Shown here piece by piece: positions 15,949 through 20,000 of a stretch of DNA of 20,000 nucleotides. The DNA is from an uncultured virus (IMG/VR IMGVR_UViG_3300036770_002685). Its lineage: Duplodnaviria; Heunggongvirae; Uroviricota; Caudoviricetes. The stretch lies in the IMG/VR virus record IMGVR_UViG_3300036770_002685, one strand, 5' to 3'. The stretch's first letter is position 1. Every line of letters begins with the position of its first letter. The notes beneath the pieces were generated by a model, which was not told the DNA's origin, searched no databases, and was given only the letters and a program-made list of their open reading frames with translations. The position numbers and the translations under genes were made by a program.

Positions 15949-18259
15949 AATCTTCGGCCCTCCCGGCTCTGGCAAGACCACGTATCTTCTAAACTTGGTC
16001 GAACAAGAACTAGAGTCCGGGGTGCCCTCTCGCTCGATTGGCTACTTCGCGTTCACACGCAAAGCGGCCAACGAAGCGCGGGACCGTGCGATCGCCAAAT
16101 TCAACGAGCTCAACGCAGAGACGGACTTCCCGTGGTTCCGAACGCTGCATAGCCTCGCCTATCGTTGCCTGCGCGTATCGAACAACGAGATCATGAAGCC
16201 AGAGCATTACCGCGAGTTTGCGCGGCAAGCAGGACTGGACATGAGTGTGAGCACTGGAGACGAAGAGTTTGTCGTTCAGACGGATAACCCAATACTTAAC
16301 GAAATCAACCTCGCCCGCATCCGTGGCGTTGATTTAAAAACGCATTACAACAATTCTCGAATTCCGATTGAGTGGTTTCACTTCGAATATGTCGAACGTG
16401 CGTACCGACACTACAAGTATTCGAACAACCTAATGGACTTCACCGATCTTCTTGAGCAGATCGTGCAAGAGCCGGACTACCTGCCAAAGCTGGAAACGGT
16501 GATCATCGATGAAGCGCAGGACCTTTCTAGGCTACAATGGCAAATGGTGTATGCCCTAGCTGAAAGGAGCAATAACGTGTACATAGCAGGAGACGACGAT
16601 CAGTGCCAGCCGGGGCATACAAAAATACTAACAACGGATGGGGAGGTTTTGTTAAAAAACTTAGACCCTGCTATTCACCGGCTGATTTGCTATGACCGCA
16701 ATGGTTCTCATGTTACGGGGTATAAAAACGGTTATTCGTTTAAAAAGGCTCGTCGCACGTATACCGGGAAAATTTATACGGTGACCACGGCCTCAGGGCA
16801 TATATCAAGCTACACAGACAATCACCACTGCATCGTTCGCTGGAAACCCCTTAAAGAGGTTATACACCTGCGCGTAGTTTATTTGATGCAGAAAGGAAAC
16901 AACTTCCGCATTGGGCAATGTCAACTTTTTAGGGCGGATGGGTGTGTGCATGCGTGGGTAAGAGCCCACGGGGAACGCGCAGACAAGCTGTGGGTTTTGC
17001 GCGTGACTGAATCCATAGAGGAAAGTACTTATTACGAAACGCTTTGGTCTTATCTTTTTGGCATACCTCAGACTGTTTTCAAAGCAGGTGCTTCTTCCGT
17101 CCTCTCCCAGAAAGCCACAGACAAACTATTCAGCGAAATCCCCACTTACCCGGCGGCTATGCAACTCTTTGAAGCACTCGATGTGTCTTTCGAATATCCA
17201 CTTTATGAAAGAAGTCTGATCAGTGCTAAACGCGGAGGATCACAAATATTTGAAGCGCATGCTGCATCCTTGATTCCATCAGCAATGCGTATTGGTGTGA
17301 TAGCTGGTAAAAAAATTCAATGGGAAAACTTCTCCCTAGCTGCCAAAATAAAAACATGTGAGGTTTATTCTCTTGACGTAGAAAAGCACCATAATTACTT
17401 TGCAGATGGCGTTTTGACGCATAACTGTGTGTTTACTTGGGCAGGAGCGGACGTTAAAGCATTCCTCTCTTTAGAGGGTAATGTTAAGGTCTTACAACAA
17501 TCCTACCGTGTCCCTGCAAAGATTCACGCGTTAGCAAACAAAGTGGTCAACCGCATCCGCTCGCGGCAAGAGAAGGAGTGGCACCCTCGCACCGAAGAGG
17601 GCCGCATCTTCTATTACGAAGCCTTTGAACACGTCAACGTCACACAAGGTGATTGGTTACTCCTTGCCTCCACCAACTACATGCTAAACGACTTGCATGA
17701 GTGGTTAAAGTCACAGGGATTGATGTTCGAGCGCCACGGACAACGGAGCATCTCCGAGAACATCCTGACCGCCGTACTCGGCTGGGAAGCGCTGCGTAAG
17801 GGCAAAGCCATGCCCATGCCCGTGGTCAAAACGATCTACCGGTTCTTAGGGGCTGAGTTCGTCAAACGCGGGTTCAAGACCCTGCGCGACATCGATCCCA
17901 ACCGCGAATACACCTTGACGCAGTTGCAGGAATCATTTGGTCTTTTGACCAACGATATCTGGCACAAGGTGCTGACCAAAATATCGGATGCCCAGCGCCA
18001 GTACATCATCTCGATCCTGCGACGTGGGGCGAAGCTAAACGACAGAGCGCCGATCAAGCTCTCTACGATCCACGGCGCGAAAGGCGGGGAGGCGGATCAC
18101 GTCTTACTGCTCACGGACCTCTCGCCCAAGTTCGCCAACGAATACGCCCATAACGCCGATGACGTGAACCGCTTGCTGTATGTGGGGCTGACCCGCGCCA
18201 AAGAGACGCTGCACATCATCCGGCCCAAGTCCATTGATAGGGGATTTAGAATTGAATAA
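15935..18259 (+). CDS. UvrD/Rep-like superfamily 1 DNA helicase, intein-containing (774 aa precursor, 500 aa after splicing)
   Basis: Walker A GPPGSGKT, Ia AFTRKAA, TLHS, Walker B IIDEAQD, motif III GDDDQ|CVFTWAGA split by the intein, IV QSYR, V STIHGAKGGE, VI LYVGLTRAK. Confidence 0.93.
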   Translation: MKIHKIFGPPGSGKTTYLLNLVEQELESGVPSRSIGYFAFTRKAANEARDRAIAKFNELNAETDFPWFRTLHSLAYRCLRVSNNEIMKPEHYREFARQAGLDMSVSTGDEEFVVQTDNPILNEINLARIRGVDLKTHYNNSRIPIEWFHFEYVERAYRHYKYSNNLMDFTDLLEQIVQEPDYLPKLETVIIDEAQDLSRLQWQMVYALAERSNNVYIAGDDDQCQPGHTKILTTDGEVLLKNLDPAIHRLICYDRNGSHVTGYKNGYSFKKARRTYTGKIYTVTTASGHISSYTDNHHCIVRWKPLKEVIHLRVVYLMQKGNNFRIGQCQLFRADGCVHAWVRAHGERADKLWVLRVTESIEESTYYETLWSYLFGIPQTVFKAGASSVLSQKATDKLFSEIPTYPAAMQLFEALDVSFEYPLYERSLISAKRGGSQIFEAHAASLIPSAMRIGVIAGKKIQWENFSLAAKIKTCEVYSLDVEKHHNYFADGVLTHNCVFTWAGADVKAFLSLEGNVKVLQQSYRVPAKIHALANKVVNRIRSRQEKEWHPRTEEGRIFYYEAFEHVNVTQGDWLLLASTNYMLNDLHEWLKSQGLMFERHGQRSISENILTAVLGWEALRKGKAMPMPVVKTIYRFLGAEFVKRGFKTLRDIDPNREYTLTQLQESFGLLTNDIWHKVLTKISDAQRQYIISILRRGAKLNDRAPIKLSTIHGAKGGEADHVLLLTDLSPKFANEYAHNADDVNRLLYVGLTRAKETLHIIRPKSIDRGFRIE
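16604..17425 (+). mobile_element. Intein (274 aa) in helicase motif III, with an internal putative endonuclease domain
   Basis: Block A CQPGHTKILTTDG directly after GDDDQ, block B YTDNH, block F VYSLDVEKHHNYFADG, block G VLTHN followed by +1 Cys. Removing it restores GDDDQCVFTWAGAD. DNA is AT-richer than the flanks. Confidence 0.95.
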
Positions 18260-18263
18260 AACC

Positions 18264-20000
18264 ATGCCGCTGTTTCCCGTGAAGACCGAATGGGTGCCCC
18301 CGGCTCATTTTCCTGACCTAACGGATGCGAAGGAGATTGCAATTGATTTGGAAACATGTGATCCGAACATGGAGAGTATGGGTCCCGGCTGGCCTCGTCG
18401 GGACGGTTATATCGTGGGGTATGCCGTCGCCGTGGATGGTTGGTCTGGTTATTTTCCTGTGGCTCATGGTGGGGGTGGCAATCTCGACAAAACCATTGTC
18501 GAACGATGGATCAGAAAAGTCCTCGCCACGCCCGCAGACAAAATCATGCACAACGCCGCCTACGATGCCGGGTGGCTGGCTGCCAGTGGATTCACGGTCA
18601 ATGGCCGACTTATCGATACGATGCTCGCCGCCCCGCTTCTCGACGAAAACCGTTTCTCGTACAGCCTCAATGCGCTTGGCTTCGACTACCTCAAAGAAGT
18701 CAAATCGGAACAAGGTCTCAAAGACGCGGCTGGGGACTTTGGCGTACATGCTAAGAAAGAACTCTGGAAGCTCCCCGCCATGTTCGTCGGAGAGTACGCC
18801 GAGCAAGACGCTGCGCTTACTCTAAAGCTCTGGCAAACCTTCAAGCCCCTCCTAATCCGGGAAGAAGTCCAGCATATCTTCGACATCGAAACGGAGCTTC
18901 TGCCCATCCTGATTCACCTGACGCTACGCGGGATTCGCTTTGATCGGGACAAGGCAGAGCAGGTGATCGCAGAGTACCGAGACCGCGAAACCCAACTGAT
19001 CAAGGACATCCGCAAGACCTGCAACAGTCCCGTGGACATCTGGGCCGCTGCGTCGATTGCCAAGGGCTTTGACCACCTTGGTGTGGCATATCCGAAGACC
19101 GCCAACGGCCTGCCGTCCTTTACGAAAAGCTTCCTCGACAGCTGCGAACATCCGGTTGCCAAGATGATCGTGGAGGCCCGAGAACTGAACAAGACCCACG
19201 GCACCTTCCTCCAGCCCTATTTAAGCTTCTCCAAGCACGACGGGCGCATCCATCCGCATGTGAACCAACTCCGCTCCGACGAAGGCGGCACGGTCACAGG
19301 ACGCCTGTCGATGGCAAACCCGAACTTGCAGCAGGTCCCGGCTCGGCATGAGGTGATCGGCCCGTTGGTGCGCTCACTCTTTCTGCCTGAAGAAGGCGAG
19401 ATGTGGGCTTCTTGTGACTTCAGTTCTCAAGAACCACGGCTCTTGGTCCACTATGCAAGCCTCTTGGACCTGCCGGGGGCCGAGAAGATGGTCGAGGCGT
19501 ACCACCAAGACCCAGATACCGACTTCCACCAGATGGTCGCGGACATGGCAGGCATCAAGCGTAAGCAGGCCAAGACGATCGGTCTGGGGCTGATGTACGG
19601 CATGGGGAAGGGCAAACTCGCTGCGTCTCTGGATATGGGCATGGAGGAGGCCTCTGACCTTTTGGAGGTCTTCCATAAGAAGGTGCCGTACCTAAAGGGC
19701 ACGGTGAACGCGGTGATGCAGCGGATTGACCATCCCGCCTCGGGCGGCGCGATCCGTACCCTCTTAGGCCGCAAGTGTCGCTTTCCGCTCTGGGAGCCCA
19801 GAGAATGGGGCGTGAACAAGGCGCTTCCGTACGAGCAGGCCGTGGTGGAATACGGGCGGCAGGTGAAGCGAGCGTTCACTTACAAGGGATTGAACCGTTT
19901 GATTCAGGGCTCGGCGGCGGATCAGACGAAGGCGGCGATGATCGCGCTCCACAAAGCGGGCTTTAATCTCCTGCTTCAGGTGCACGACGAAGTGGCGATG
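18264..20000 (+). CDS. polA: Family A DNA polymerase (3'-5' exonuclease plus polymerase), 3'-truncated by the window
   Basis: Absent from the ORF track because there is no stop in the window. My translation: MPLFPVKTEW..., ExoI IDLET, ExoII HNAAYD, ExoIII YAEQD, TVTGRLS..NPNLQQVP, motif A DFSSQEPR, motif B RKQAKTIGLGLMYG, IQGSAAD, motif C LQVHDE. An alternative in-frame TTG start exists at 18252. Confidence 0.95.
   Translation, partial: MPLFPVKTEWVPPAHFPDLTDAKEIAIDLETCDPNMESMGPGWPRRDGYIVGYAVAVDGWSGYFPVAHGGGGNLDKTIVERWIRKVLATPADKIMHNAAYDAGWLAASGFTVNGRLIDTMLAAPLLDENRFSYSLNALGFDYLKEVKSEQGLKDAAGDFGVHAKKELWKLPAMFVGEYAEQDAALTLKLWQTFKPLLIREEVQHIFDIETELLPILIHLTLRGIRFDRDKAEQVIAEYRDRETQLIKDIRKTCNSPVDIWAAASIAKGFDHLGVAYPKTANGLPSFTKSFLDSCEHPVAKMIVEARELNKTHGTFLQPYLSFSKHDGRIHPHVNQLRSDEGGTVTGRLSMANPNLQQVPARHEVIGPLVRSLFLPEEGEMWASCDFSSQEPRLLVHYASLLDLPGAEKMVEAYHQDPDTDFHQMVADMAGIKRKQAKTIGLGLMYGMGKGKLAASLDMGMEEASDLLEVFHKKVPYLKGTVNAVMQRIDHPASGGAIRTLLGRKCRFPLWEPREWGVNKALPYEQAVVEYGRQVKRAFTYKGLNRLIQGSAADQTKAAMIALHKAGFNLLLQVHDEVAM

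Larger units (their letters stand above)
1..20000. mobile_element. Tailed bacteriophage genome segment (podovirus-like virion/ejection module plus PolA-type replication module)
   Basis: Densely packed, translationally coupled ORFs (ATGA/TAATG/TGATG overlaps). Virion-type low-complexity genes are followed by exonuclease, SNF2 helicase, SSB-like, primase, UvrD and PolA lacking a 5'-3' exonuclease domain. No bacterial housekeeping genes. Free phage versus prophage cannot be decided from this window. Confidence 0.93.

Noticed and set aside
18318..19985. Several 60-166 aa ORFs on both strands in the last 1.7 kb
   Set aside because: They are shadows of the polA frame, which carries all polymerase motifs and was omitted only because it lacks a stop in the window.

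Overview
The whole window reads as part of a tailed dsDNA phage genome with podovirus-like gene content and fairly high GC; no host housekeeping genes, RNA genes, integrase or CRISPR array are visible. Left arm (+): the end of a tail/stabilisation gene, two small virion genes, four low-complexity A/G/Q/P-rich internal-virion (DNA ejection) genes and two tiny basic ORFs. Middle (-): a PD-(D/E)xK exonuclease and an SNF2-type helicase. After a compact divergent control region comes a + strand replication operon: two conserved hypotheticals, an SSB-like protein, an AEP primase, a UvrD-like SF1 helicase with a 274-aa intein, and a family A DNA polymerase (Leu762 type) that runs off the window and is missing from the ORF track. 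The most notable observations are (1) a tightly structured ~70-nt leader (three stems plus a 9-bp anti-Shine-Dalgarno pairing) in front of the ejection-protein genes, (2) an intein whose insert looks GIY-YIG-like rather than LAGLIDADG, (3) short peptide motifs shared between ejection proteins, and (4) a palindromic -10 element between mirror-image ribosome-binding sites. All family assignments come from motif recognition by eye; no searches were run.
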